This document shows, in pieces, positions 1-10,549 of a stretch of DNA of 22,079 bases; within the stretch, counting starts at the first letter, position 1, and each line of letters begins with the position of its first letter. The notes below the pieces were generated by a model. It made no database searches, had not been told where the DNA came from, and saw only the letters and a program-made list of their open reading frames with translations. Source of the stretch: Paramicrosporidium saccamoebae KSL3 (taxonomy: Eukaryota > Fungi > Cryptomycota); NCBI GenBank assembly GCA_002794465.1, contig MTSL01000005.1, forward strand, positions 1 to 22,079, read 5' to 3'. Position numbers and translations under genes: made by a program.

Positions 1-395
<395 letters not shown>

Positions 396-401
396 TTAAG
401 A

Positions 402-563
402 TTTATTCTTCCTGGCCCATTGGTACAATATACTATACCAGCTTATGATCTGAAATACAGTTCAAGGTTTATTCTTCCTAGTCTGTGGTATTATCCCCAC
501 TACTCGACAATACTACACCGCCCCACAATCTACAATCTGCATAGTTTAAGTTTTATTCTTCCT
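402..563. repeat. Degenerate triplication ending in TTTATTCTTCCT
   Basis: Exact 12-mer at 402-413, 468-479 and 552-563. The third copy contains the ANKRD13 stop codon. Confidence 0.7.
485..511. repeat. Dispersed 27-bp motif, copy 1
   Basis: GTGGTATTATCCCCACTACTCGACAAT; 26/27 identical to 20080-20106. Confidence 0.85.
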
Positions 564-2049
564 TAAAGATGTTCTTGATCACAATGCCGCGCTTGTAATC
601 GGATGGCACCTCAAACCAATCATCTCCATTTGCAAACTGTGGTCTCGGTATGTCATCGCCCCAGTGCTGGAAATTATTAAACGTAATCTGTGCTGCCAGG
701 AATGCAAAAAGTGGAATCTCGATCCGCACTGGGAATCCGGGCGGCAGGTCCATCGAGATGAATTCCTGTAGTTTCTCAAAGTTGCGGTTACCAACAGTCA
801 TAATCTCAAAAAACGGCATCAGCTGGCGTACAGTGAGGGGAAAATTGTCCGCCATCCACACCGAGACTCGAAACTTTTTGGATTTTTCAGTTTGCACGAT
901 ACGACGGCCTGCATGCATGTACGGCAGAGAGGCTGTCTTGGCAGCAAAGTATTCCCTTTCTGTCACAGAGGGAAGATTTTTGGGATGAGGAAGTGATGGA
1001 ACGTATACAAAAAGATTTTTCTTGGCATCCTGCAGCAAATGTTCCACCTGTGGCTCCACATCATTAATCTCCTCTAGGACTTTGGTAGAGTCTAGTGACT
1101 CGTGATTAGACATTGACAAGGATTCTGTTTCCTGTTCTTTGTCACGGGCAATGATATGCTCCTTTCTGTACTTGCCAATCGCTTCAATGTCCGGGACATC
1201 ATAGACCCGTGTGTTGTAGGGACCAACTTGTTCCTCCTTGTCTCCGCCGAGACCAAATACTCCCGCCTGTTGTCTGACAAATTGAACTCTCTTTTCCCCT
1301 GTCACAGCTTTTGGCTTTCTCATTCTTCCGCTGTAAATCTGTGTATTCATCCTCATGTTAAGGTCCTCTTCAATCTCCTCCTCAGTAAACTCTTTCGTCT
1401 TGTCAATCTCCTCATAGAGCTTTCTGTCATGATCGAGGGCCAACATCTTGCTGTTGTTATCGTTGACATGGAAAATGAAGGATACATTTCCATGCATCCA
1501 GTTGAGCTTGTCAACTTCTACTCCCATCAGGGTGGAATCAACGCGGAACTTGTTCTTTTTCTTCCAAATACGACAAGTATCACTGGGACATAGACGAGAG
1601 AGGAAGGGGATCCACGAGCGAAAATGCCAATCCATCTCTAGGAAGAAATTTGGCAGGTCAGACTGAATAGCATCGGCCAGTGAGGGCTGCCTAACTCTCC
1701 ATATCTGACGGAGTTGCTCATGTCGTCTGAGCAGCAGCATGCGCATAATGTCGCGATCACCCAAGGACGTTGCTTCTTGTAACGGATAATATCCAATGGC
1801 CGATGAGGTCAGGGTGTCAGCCCAATGCTTGAGAAGAACCTTAATGCATTCTCCATGTCCCAGCTGTGCCGCCAGTCCAAGGGCAGTGGTTCCGCGATAC
1901 TTGCCATCAATAAAGGCAACGTGTCCCTCCTTTTCATCCAAGATTTTTACATTGGAACTGGTCTTGAGCGCCTCATCCAGTTTTTCTGCGTCGTTATGCC
2001 AGATTAAGCGGTGCAGGAGATCAGGCGAGGGCGTATTGGCAGGACTCAT
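553..2049 (-). CDS. ANKRD13: ANKRD13-family ankyrin-repeat protein (498 aa, single exon)
   Basis: N-terminal ankyrin repeats (TALGLAAQLGHGECIKVLL, YPLQEATSLGD). Central FxSWIPFLSRLCPSDTCRIWKK and C-terminal LPPGFPVRIEIPLF segments are typical of ANKRD13. No obvious UIMs. Confidence 0.88.
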   Translation of the reverse strand: MSPANTPSPDLLHRLIWHNDAEKLDEALKTSSNVKILDEKEGHVAFIDGKYRGTTALGLAAQLGHGECIKVLLKHWADTLTSSAIGYYPLQEATSLGDRDIMRMLLLRRHEQLRQIWRVRQPSLADAIQSDLPNFFLEMDWHFRSWIPFLSRLCPSDTCRIWKKKNKFRVDSTLMGVEVDKLNWMHGNVSFIFHVNDNNSKMLALDHDRKLYEEIDKTKEFTEEEIEEDLNMRMNTQIYSGRMRKPKAVTGEKRVQFVRQQAGVFGLGGDKEEQVGPYNTRVYDVPDIEAIGKYRKEHIIARDKEQETESLSMSNHESLDSTKVLEEINDVEPQVEHLLQDAKKNLFVYVPSLPHPKNLPSVTEREYFAAKTASLPYMHAGRRIVQTEKSKKFRVSVWMADNFPLTVRQLMPFFEIMTVGNRNFEKLQEFISMDLPPGFPVRIEIPLFAFLAAQITFNNFQHWGDDIPRPQFANGDDWFEVPSDYKRGIVIKNIFKEE

Positions 2050-2286
2050 GGATGCTCTGGATTAGCTTCAACTCCCCTATAATAGAGCCTAATTGTTCCG
2101 GCTTGGACCAATCACCGTGAGAGAATCGATACTCCTTTGGCTAATGATATTCGGCGATTGCCCTTCAGTGTCAGTCTTTATTGGTTCAATGTGGAGACTG
2201 TCTGTTATACATATTGAGACTTTGATAAGTAATGCCAAGTCGGCATAAATATTTCGTGGGGTTGAGCCGACGAATCAGATAAACGA

Positions 2287-3432
2287 ATGTCGACTCCTGC
2301 CTTCCATAACCTCTACAAAACCCTAAAAAGGGTCTTTGGTATATACTGTCTGCTGACGTGCTCCACTGTCCTTTTGATCACCTACATTGCGATTATCATA
2401 CCGTTCATTATCTTCTGCCAGCCCATTGAGCGGCGTCTTCAAGAGGTCCTGCAGAAAGCGTGGGTGTACTTGTTGTTGGCTGTTACCGCCAACGCTGCCA
2501 ACTCGGAACTTGTCATGACATTACCTGAGGAATGTGGACCGGCAATGGAAGCGGCTGTTCTGCAAAAATTACAGTGCGGCTTTCAGTTTGGCAACTATCG
2601 CGGCACAAGTGTTGCTGACCGTCCCAATACCCCAAAGGAGGATTTCCAAAGAGACGTCATAATTTCCAATCACCAGATTTACATGGACTGGATTTATCTT
2701 TGGGCGGTAATGGCGCGTCTTCATCGTCAAGGCAGCGTCAAGATTATCCTAAAACGGAGTCTCCTAAATATTCCGATTATGGGAGTGGGCATGCGATTAC
2801 TAAATTTCATTTTTCTTCACCGTAATTGGGAAGTGGACAAGATCAGGTTTGGCATCAGGCTGAGAAGACTGGTCTTTGGAGAAATGCCGTTTTCGTTGGT
2901 GATATTTCCAGAAGGCACAACCCTTTGCGAAAATTCAGTGACGAAATCGAAAAACTTTGCTGTAACAAATGGAATGTCTGTTCCCAAGCATACAATACTT
3001 CCAAGAGTCACCGGGATGCAGTTTGCTCTGGCTACCCTTGGAGATCACATTGGCGGAATTTTCGATCTGACCGTGGGTTACAGCGGGACAAAGACGACCG
3101 AGTATCCCGAGGACACGTTTGGCTTAAAGTCGCTCTTTCTCCATGGAATTGCGCCGCACCACATCCATGTTCATGCTAAATACCACTCTATTGACACTGT
3201 TCCATACTCTGATCCTGAGGAATTTAAAAAATGGCTGCACGCGAGATACCAAGAAAAAGATGCCTTAATGGCAAAGTTTTACAAGGACGGATTCTTCCCT
3301 GGCCCAAGGAGCAAGCCAACTCCATTGGCGCCCAGGTCTGCGATGCTCATTGTGAGTCTCGCTACAATCGTAGTTACTGTACTGTCTTGCATGACCATTC
3401 AGTCTCTGGTATCGTATGTTATGCATAAATAG
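2287..3432 (+). CDS. CST26: Lysophospholipid acyltransferase (AGPAT/LCLAT1/yeast Cst26-like)
   Basis: Catalytic NHx4D motif (SNHQIYMDW), FxxR (FIFLHR), FPEGT, and hydrophobic N- and C-terminal helices. Exact orthology is uncertain. Confidence 0.85.
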   Translation: MSTPAFHNLYKTLKRVFGIYCLLTCSTVLLITYIAIIIPFIIFCQPIERRLQEVLQKAWVYLLLAVTANAANSELVMTLPEECGPAMEAAVLQKLQCGFQFGNYRGTSVADRPNTPKEDFQRDVIISNHQIYMDWIYLWAVMARLHRQGSVKIILKRSLLNIPIMGVGMRLLNFIFLHRNWEVDKIRFGIRLRRLVFGEMPFSLVIFPEGTTLCENSVTKSKNFAVTNGMSVPKHTILPRVTGMQFALATLGDHIGGIFDLTVGYSGTKTTEYPEDTFGLKSLFLHGIAPHHIHVHAKYHSIDTVPYSDPEEFKKWLHARYQEKDALMAKFYKDGFFPGPRSKPTPLAPRSAMLIVSLATIVVTVLSCMTIQSLVSYVMHK

Positions 3433-3469
3433 TTTAAGAATTTTCAACATTTATCGTTTCGCATTTAGT

Positions 3470-5088
3470 ATGGGCAAGGTGAGGCGCACCATTAAGTTCA
3501 TTAACTTGATATAGAAGGGAAACAATAAGAGGGGTGTATCCAATAGCAGTAGTTCTGATTGTGATGAGGACCCTCACGAGATACTGGGGAAAATTACCAA
3601 ACAGAGAGCCTTAAGCAAAGAGTCAACCGCAACCAGAGTGGTAGTAGAGCGTCCTAGTGCCCGTGTCAATGCCGTCTTTGTTGCAAATCCACTGAAAAGG
3701 GGAGAGATGCTTTTATTTGGAGGAGAGAGACTGATGGGGAACAAGTGTGAATTCTATGGAGACACTTTTCTGTTTGACGCGACTTTTGGGACGTGGACAC
3801 TGCTGAACTTGTTGATCAGTCCGTCGCCTCGTTCCGCACATCAGGCTATCATTATTCCAGATGGAAAGATGCTCATGTTTGGGGGTGAATTTGGGACGAG
3901 CAAGGAGACGAAATTCTTGCATTTTTCAGATACGTGGGTATTTGATTTCAAGGCTTATACCTGGCAGGCTCTCAACCTCAAGATCCACCCTTCAAGCCGT
4001 TCTGGACATCGGATAGCGGTCTGTGGTAGCCATGTGATACTCTATGGGGGTTTCTTTGATACGGGAAGCCAGGCAAAATATCTTGACGACATGTGGATCT
4101 TTGATACCAAGTCGATGGAGTGGACCAAGGTGGATTGGATGAACGAATACGAGGGAAGACCCAGTGCTAGGAGCGGTTTCACCTTTGTCGCTCACCCAGA
4201 CGGGGCGCTGCTGTATGGTGGATACTCACAGATTAAATCTAAGAAGGGAGAGATGCAAGGTCAAGTTCTTAACGGTATGTGAGTTGAATTTATTGATTTG
4301 TAGATATTTGGCTGTTGAAGATTGATCCTTCTGACATAAAAACGCTTCGTTGGAAGAAACTCAAGCTGACGCCCAATGCGCCGCTGCCCAGAAGTGGGTC
4401 AACCAGTGTATTGTTTGGAGATGCCATGATCAATTTTGGTGGTGTCATTGACGAAGAATTGTCAGACGAGTTTTTGATGGGAACGTGTGTTAATGGGCTT
4501 TACAAGTACGAGTTTTCCAATAATGGTTGGCAACAATTGGATCCCATCATTGAGGACTTTGATGCCAAAGTCTTTTGTGGTCGTTTTAACTCAATGATGG
4601 CAATTGCTGATGGGTCTCTTTACATTTACGGGGGAATCTTTGAAGTTGGCGACCGACAATTCACATTGGATGACCTTTTCTCACTCGAGCTAAAGTCGGG
4701 TAAAATGAACCAGCTGCAAAAGGTGTCACCCGATCTAGACCAATGCTGGAACCTTCAGCCCGAAGAGGGTGGCTCGAGCGACTCGGACAATTCCGATGAC
4801 TCTGATGGTTCTGATGACTCGGACAGTTCTGATGACTCGGATAGCTCTGGCGATTCAGATGGCTCGGACGCTGCCACTACCGATGCGTTGGGTAGACCCG
4901 TGGCAGCTGGGTACGCGTCATTAAAAGACTTTTTTGACAACAATGTGGACTACTGGATGGATGCGGCAAGACAAGAAAATGTCGGCGAGGATGTTAATGA
5001 CAAGAAATTACGGTCCACTGCATTCGTAATAGCAAAGCGAATTTGGACCGAGCAACAAGATTTAAAGATGAATGTATCATTGGAATAA
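3470..5088 (+). CDS. KLHDC4: Kelch domain-containing protein 4 (Kel3-like), 3 exons
   Basis: Exons 3470-3478, 3515-4274, 4304-5088. Introns 3479-3514 (36 nt, GTGAGG..TAG) and 4275-4303 (29 nt, GTATGT..TAG). The spliced start is MGKKG. Kelch repeats (PSPRSAHQ, PSSRSGHR, PSARSGF), an acidic Ser/Asp tract, then a C-terminal SLKDFF..YW..KKLR..AF domain. Confidence 0.9.
4774..4869 (+). repeat. Low-complexity Ser/Asp coding tract (degenerate 9-bp units)
   Basis: SSDSDNSDDSDGSDDSDSSDDSDSSGDSDGSD within KLHDC4. Confidence 0.8.
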
Positions 5089-5131
5089 AAGCGGGAAATT
5101 CAAGTCCCTTCAGTTTATTTGAGTCTTGATA

Positions 5132-5737
5132 ATGGAGCAGGGCAAGATAAGGACTGTCCCACATACTAGTGGCCAGTGGGCTTGCCACGTCTATTTGATT
5201 AGCCAATTTTCAGAAACGGCTATGCAGCAGCTTGACCTGTTGACTGAAAAGCTGAGAAAATTGAATCCAACCATACAAAGGGAGGAATGGCCGCATATTA
5301 GTCTTAGCAAAACGTTTTACGCAAAACACTGGCATCTGGACTTGTTGCAAACGAAATTTGCATCCAGACTTAAAGATGTGAGTATTGATACTTTGCAATT
5401 AAACAAATTCGCAGTATATCAGAATGAGGAGGCAACACGTTCCTTCCTTGCGCTCGATTGCGCAAATGGCGAAAACGTCGTATCAGCAATCGATCTCGTA
5501 AATGACGTATTGCAAGGATTTGGCTACGAGACTTACTACAAGGCATACTGAGACATCTGACTGACTATTTAGAACCCATCCATACATACCAGCCTGTGGT
5601 GGACGCCTGGGACCGCAATTGATATTTCCATCCTCGATGACCCAATACTTTCCACCCTCGATCTGCCTTTGGGACTGTCTAATTATAAAATCATGCTAAA
5701 GATGGGCAATAGGTTATGCACCCTGTGCACACTATGA
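5132..5737 (+). CDS. USB1: U6 snRNA phosphodiesterase Usb1/Mpn1 (2H phosphoesterase), 2 exons
   Basis: RTVPHTSGQWACHVY, first catalytic HIS(L), TRSFLAL, then YYK|NPSIHTSLWW after removing intron 5543-5572 (30 nt, GC-AG). Exons 5132-5542 and 5573-5737. An extra short 5' exon cannot be excluded. Confidence 0.85.
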
Positions 5738-5850
5738 CCCCTATACTCTGTAAACGCCGGTCTAATTCACATTACACTACATTCTCGATGCACTATGATT
5801 ATGACAGCAGTTTATAAATTACGGCGTCACCAAAGTTATACAATGCGCCC

Positions 5851-6606
5851 TCACTTCTTTCCACCTACGCTTGTACGCTTCTTCACTTTCCCTGAAGATG
5901 CAGGCGACGTGCGTTCCTCCTCCTCTAGCAACTCTTCCAGTAGCCTTTTCTTTTCCACCTCGTCAATCTGCGATCTCTCCTCCGCCTTTATTCGCTCCCT
6001 CTCCATCCTCACCTTGTCCTCCTCCTTGCGCTTCTCGTCCCTCTCTTTGCTCCTCTTCTTCTCCAGTAATTCATCCTCCATCTTGCTAAGTCTGGCGGCG
6101 TCCTGCACAATTTCCTGTGACCAGCCGGCCTTGAAGGTCTCTGCTTCGGCCTGTACCTCGAATAGCTCCAACTCGAGCTCCTTCTCGGCGCGCTTAAATT
6201 CGGCAAGAGCCTCCTCGCTAATGGCACCGGCGCGGCTGAGGGAGAGAATAGAGTCGCGGTCCTCTTGGAGTTTGATAAGACGACGAACATCAGTCATGCA
6301 GCGACGCACGAGTGCGCGGCGCAGACCGTCCTCATTCTCGGGTTCCTTCTGCAACATATCCTCGTATATTGTCTTTTCCTCATTCACGCCAAACCAGCCC
6401 TTTGAGCGTTGCTTCTTGGAACGGACGTAGTACCACTTGAAGGCGACCGCAAGGACTACCCAGAGACCGATAAAGATGCCCAGTTCAATCAATCCAAAAT
6501 GAACCGTCTTGACTGGCTTCTTTGCTTCTGTCGAGTCGTCAGTAGAATTGGAATTTTTTCCGGTAAAGGGATTTTCTGTAGAGCCATCCTCGAAGCTTTC
6601 ACTCAT
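5851..6606 (-). CDS. SEC66: Post-translational translocon subunit Sec66/Sec71
   Basis: Single N-terminal TM helix, then LRRALVRRCMTDVRRLIKL, AEFKRAEKELELELFEVQAEA and GWSQEI, matching the Sec66 pattern. Charged coiled-coil tail. Confidence 0.85.
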   Translation of the reverse strand: MSESFEDGSTENPFTGKNSNSTDDSTEAKKPVKTVHFGLIELGIFIGLWVVLAVAFKWYYVRSKKQRSKGWFGVNEEKTIYEDMLQKEPENEDGLRRALVRRCMTDVRRLIKLQEDRDSILSLSRAGAISEEALAEFKRAEKELELELFEVQAEAETFKAGWSQEIVQDAARLSKMEDELLEKKRSKERDEKRKEEDKVRMERERIKAEERSQIDEVEKKRLLEELLEEEERTSPASSGKVKKRTSVGGKK

Positions 6607-6690
6607 GGCCTAATGAGTTGCTCTGGCCAATCAAAACATCTTTATATCAATGGCATTCAATTTGCAAAAATTCCAATTTCTGCAGCCGCA
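6607..6690. promoter_or_regulatory. 84-bp bidirectional promoter region SEC66/SOD2 with CCAAT box
   Basis: Divergent ATGs at 6606 and 6691; CCAATCA at 6627-6633. Confidence 0.5.
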
Positions 6691-7359
6691 ATGTTCGTTA
6701 TCCGACACCAACGACTGACAAAGTGCATTTCACAGGCTTTATTGAGACGCAGCAAGTACACTCTGCCCGACTTGCCGTATGACTACCGAGCATTGGAGCC
6801 CGTCGTGTCTGAAGAAATTATGCGTCTGCATCACCAGAAACACCATCAAGCCTATGTGAATAATCTTAACGCAGCCCTCGAAAAGTTTAGTACCGCCCAG
6901 AAGGAGACTGACCTCGCCACCCAAGCCATGCTCACCAGCCAAATCAACTTTAATGGCGGCGGACATATCAACCACTCGATATTCTGGCAAAACTTGTGCC
7001 CGCCCGATAAGGCCCTTGGCAAGCCAGACGGCCCGTTACTAAAGGCCATCGAGAATGAGTTTGGCAGTTTTGAAGATTTCAAGACATTCTTTGCCACGCA
7101 CACAGGAGCAATACAGGGCAGCGGGTGGGGATGGCTAGGATTCAACCCGGTTGCGAAACGGGTGCAATTTGCCACCACCGCCAATCAAGATCCACTGCTT
7201 GCCACACGAGGATTAGTACCATTGCTGGGTATGGATGTATGGGAACATGCTTATTATCTACAGTATAAGAATATGCGTCCCGACTACATCAAATCAATGT
7301 GGGCCATAATCAATTGGGAGGACGTGTCCCATCGTTTTGCCAAAGTAACCAAGTCGTAG
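6691..7359 (+). CDS. SOD2: Mitochondrial Mn superoxide dismutase
   Basis: ATG 6691 gives an Arg-rich, acid-free presequence (MFVIRHQRLTKCISQALLRRS). Mature part starts KYTLPDLPYDY, with HHQKHH, NGGGHINH, QGSGWGWL and DVWEHAYY. The ORF-track extension to 6409 overlaps SEC66 and is not the real start. Confidence 0.96.
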   Translation: MFVIRHQRLTKCISQALLRRSKYTLPDLPYDYRALEPVVSEEIMRLHHQKHHQAYVNNLNAALEKFSTAQKETDLATQAMLTSQINFNGGGHINHSIFWQNLCPPDKALGKPDGPLLKAIENEFGSFEDFKTFFATHTGAIQGSGWGWLGFNPVAKRVQFATTANQDPLLATRGLVPLLGMDVWEHAYYLQYKNMRPDYIKSMWAIINWEDVSHRFAKVTKS

Positions 7360-7811
7360 TCATTTAAATACATGCCAATCGCCATGAAATGTAGGCTAGT
7401 CTCTATAGTAAAGACTGCAGAGGAGGGTTGATTTGTGTGAGACTTGTACCTATAGTAAAGATCCAGGATTAGGGGCCTGCGTTCCGTCGATATATTTTTT
7501 CAGTGAAATTGCAGATAATTCCAGTATCACGTTTATAAATCGTTTACTAGGCTCTTTGCACTCTTACTTGCATTTATATTCATATTCGCACTCGTACTCA
7601 CGCACACACTCATACTCTTTACTCACACGCACATACTCCTTACTCACATTCATAATCACGCCCATCGTGCCCATATCCCCATACCCGCACTCAAACCCCC
7701 CTGTATAATCCCCGATTCGCTATGTCCTGACTTTTACACAGTAACGCGCAATTAGTCCGAATCGGGAAGTGCTCAAGAATAAATAAACCCAACGTTAGTG
7801 GCACACGTGAA

Positions 7812-10502
7812 ATGCCACCCGTTACCGAAGATTCTGCGCAAGAGGAGCTCCGCACGTTCCACCACACACGAAACAAGACGGGAATTGTGGGCGGCCATCA
7901 AAAGTCATGGTCTGACGACGCTGCAGTCAATGCCCTCTGGACAAAGCTCTGTGCAAACAAGGGAAGTGACGTGTCGACAGTGCAGCAGTCCTTTGTGCAG
8001 CATGTGCAAAGTACATTGGCAAGGACATACTTTAACATTGATAATTTTGCGGGTTACCAGGCGGCGGCGCATTCGTAAGCGGGGCGGGTGAGAATATTAA
8101 TTATTAGAGTGCGCGATAGACTCATTACCCACTGGGACGAGACCCAACAACACCACACCAAATTGGATGTGAAAAGGGTGTACTACCTATCGCTGGAATT
8201 CCTGATGGGTCGGTCGTTGGGGAATGCAGTGCTCAATATGGGCCTGCAGGGCACATTTTCCGAGGCGCTCAAACAACTGGGATTCTCTCTGGAAGACGTA
8301 ATTGATGAGGAACGTGATGCAGCCCTAGGAAATGGAGGTCTCGGTCGACTGGCTGCCTGCTTCATGGATTCGCTGGCAACATTGGATTATCCTGCATGGG
8401 GCTACGGATTACGTTACACTTATGGAATCTTCCAACAAAAAATCTTGAATGGCTACCAGGTTGAGGTGCCCGACTATTGGCTTAGCTTTGGAAATCCGTG
8501 GGAAGTTGAGCGTTTGGATGTCTCCTACTCAGTGCGTTTCTATGGACAAGTAGCCAAGGGGAAGGATGCGTCAGGAAAGTCCTCATACTCATGGCACGGA
8601 GGCGAAGAGGTGGAGGCTGTGGCATATGATGTGCCAATCCCCGGATTTGGGACCAAAAGCACCATCAACATCCGTCTGTGGAGCTCCAAGCCGCTTCGCA
8701 GCTGTTACTTTGATCTCCACTCCTTCAATGAGGGCAATTACCAGAAATCTGTAGAACTCCAACAACGAGCTGAGCAGATCACAAGTGTCCTCTATCCCAA
8801 TGACAATACGATGGCGGGGAAGGAGCTCCGTCTGAAACAGCAATATTTCTTTGTCTCGGCCACCCTGCAGGATATTATCCGTCGCTTTAAAAAGTCAAAG
8901 CGCGCCTGGAGCGAATTCCCTAACCAAGTTGCCATCCAGCTCAATGACACCCACCCGACTCTTGGCATTCCCGAACTGATGCGCATTTTGGTGGATTTGG
9001 AAGGATTGGAATGGGATGAGTCATGGGATATTGTCACCAAGGTGTACTCCTTTACCAACCACACTGTCCTACCCGAGGCCATGGAGAAATGGCCAGTCTC
9101 AATGATTTCCAATCTGCTCCCACGACACATGCAAATCATCTATGACATTAATCTGTTCTTCTTGCAAAAGGTGGAAGCTCTTTTCCCCGGCGATCGCGCT
9201 CGTCTGGCAAGAATGTCCATTATCGAAGAGTCGCCATACCAACAGGTGCGGATGGCATTCTTGGCAGTCATTGGATCTCACACTGTCAATGGGGTGGCTG
9301 CAATCCATTCCAATCTGATCAAGAGCACCATATTTAGCGATTTTGTGGAATTCTATGGGGCATCCAAGTTCCAGAACAAGACTAACGGAATCACTCCCCG
9401 TCGTTGGCTCCACCAAGCCAATCCCAAGCTGAGTGCTCTAATCAGTGAGAAATTGGGAGGACAAGGTTGGCTTACCCAGCTGGATAAACTCGAGGGATTG
9501 ATCAAGTTTGCCGACGATGAAAACTTCCAAAAGGCCTGGATGGACGTCAAGAAGCAGAATAAGATTAGACTGGCCGAGCTCATCCGCGACACCTGCAAGG
9601 TGATCATCAATCCCGAGGCCATGTATGATGTGCAGGTAAAGAGGATCCACGAGTACAAGCGCCAATTTATGAATATCCTGAGTGTGGTGCATCGGTATTT
9701 GGATCTGAAGAGGATGAGTCCCGCCGAAATTAAGGAGACTGTTCCCCGTGTGGTCATTTTCGGTGGCAAGGCGGCACCGGGTTATTACATTGCCAAGATG
9801 GTCATTAAGCTGATTAACAGTGTTGCCGAGGTAGTAAATGCGGATCCGCAGACTAACACCTTCCTCCAGGTACAGCTACACATTATAATTGTAATTTGTA
9901 GGTTGTATTTATTCCCGATTACAACATCTCCAATGCCGAGGTAATCATCCCAGCTAGCGACATATCTGAACACATTTCCACCGCAGGCACCGAAGCATCA
10001 GGCACCAGCAACATGAAGTTTGTCTTGAATGGGGGGCTGATTATCGGCACAATGGACGGAGCAAACATTGAGATTGCCGAGGAAATTGGCCAGGACAAAA
10101 TGTTCATTTTTGGATGCTTGGCTGAGCAGGTGGATGATGCCCGACACAACCAAAAATATCGAAAGACGTCCATGAATCCCGATTTGGAAGGGGTTCTGGA
10201 TGCCCTCAAGGCGGGTCGATTCGGGGACTTTGAGAATTTTGCCCCGTTGGTGGATACACTGACTATTGGAGGCGACTATTATCTCATCTCTCACGACTTT
10301 GCTTCCTGTACTTGTGAGGGGATTCAACTAATGTGTAGATTTGGCGGCACAGAAGCGCGCAGATGCGGCGTATCGCGACAAGAAGCAGTGGGCCCGCAAC
10401 AGCATCATCTCTGCGGCCAAAATGGGCAAATTTAGCAGTGATCGCAGCATCAGAGAGTATGCGGAGCAGATTTGGAAGTTGGCCCCGTGTCATGTCCCCT
10501 GA
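7812..10502 (+). CDS. GPH1: Glycogen phosphorylase, 4 exons
   Basis: Exons 7812-8074, 8108-9869, 9902-10307, 10339-10502. Introns 8075-8107 (33 nt), 9870-9901 (32 nt) and 10308-10338 (31 nt), all GT-AG. Motifs [44 protein letters not shown] (PLP lysine) and [11 protein letters not shown]. Confidence 0.97.
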
Positions 10503-10549
10503 ATATTGAATAAAAGAGTGCCCATGTATGGATTGGGGGATTGGACGGC

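Noticed and set aside
482-511. tRNA-Asp D-arm-like look of GTGGTATTATCCCC
   Set aside because: No T-loop/B-box (GTTCRA) and no cloverleaf at either copy.
511-518. GTGTAGTA on the minus strand, identical to the U2 snRNA branch-pairing sequence
   Set aside because: The flanking U2 features (GGCUAAGAUCAA, stem-loop I, Sm site) are absent.
5789-5853. GTGAGG donor at the SEC66 stop, similar to KLHDC4 intron 1
   Set aside because: The first AG is 62 nt away, far outside the 29-36-nt range.
5795-6430. 211-aa Ser/Leu-rich plus-strand ORF
   Set aside because: Antisense shadow of the Glu/Lys/Arg-rich SEC66.
7496-7511. CAGTGA loop downstream of SOD2 resembling an iron-responsive element
   Set aside because: Only 2-3 bp of stem and no C bulge.
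7726-7742. CTG-ACTTTTACA-CAG resembling U5 snRNA loop I
   Set aside because: It mismatches the invariant GCCUUUUAC, has only a 3-bp stem, and has no Sm site.
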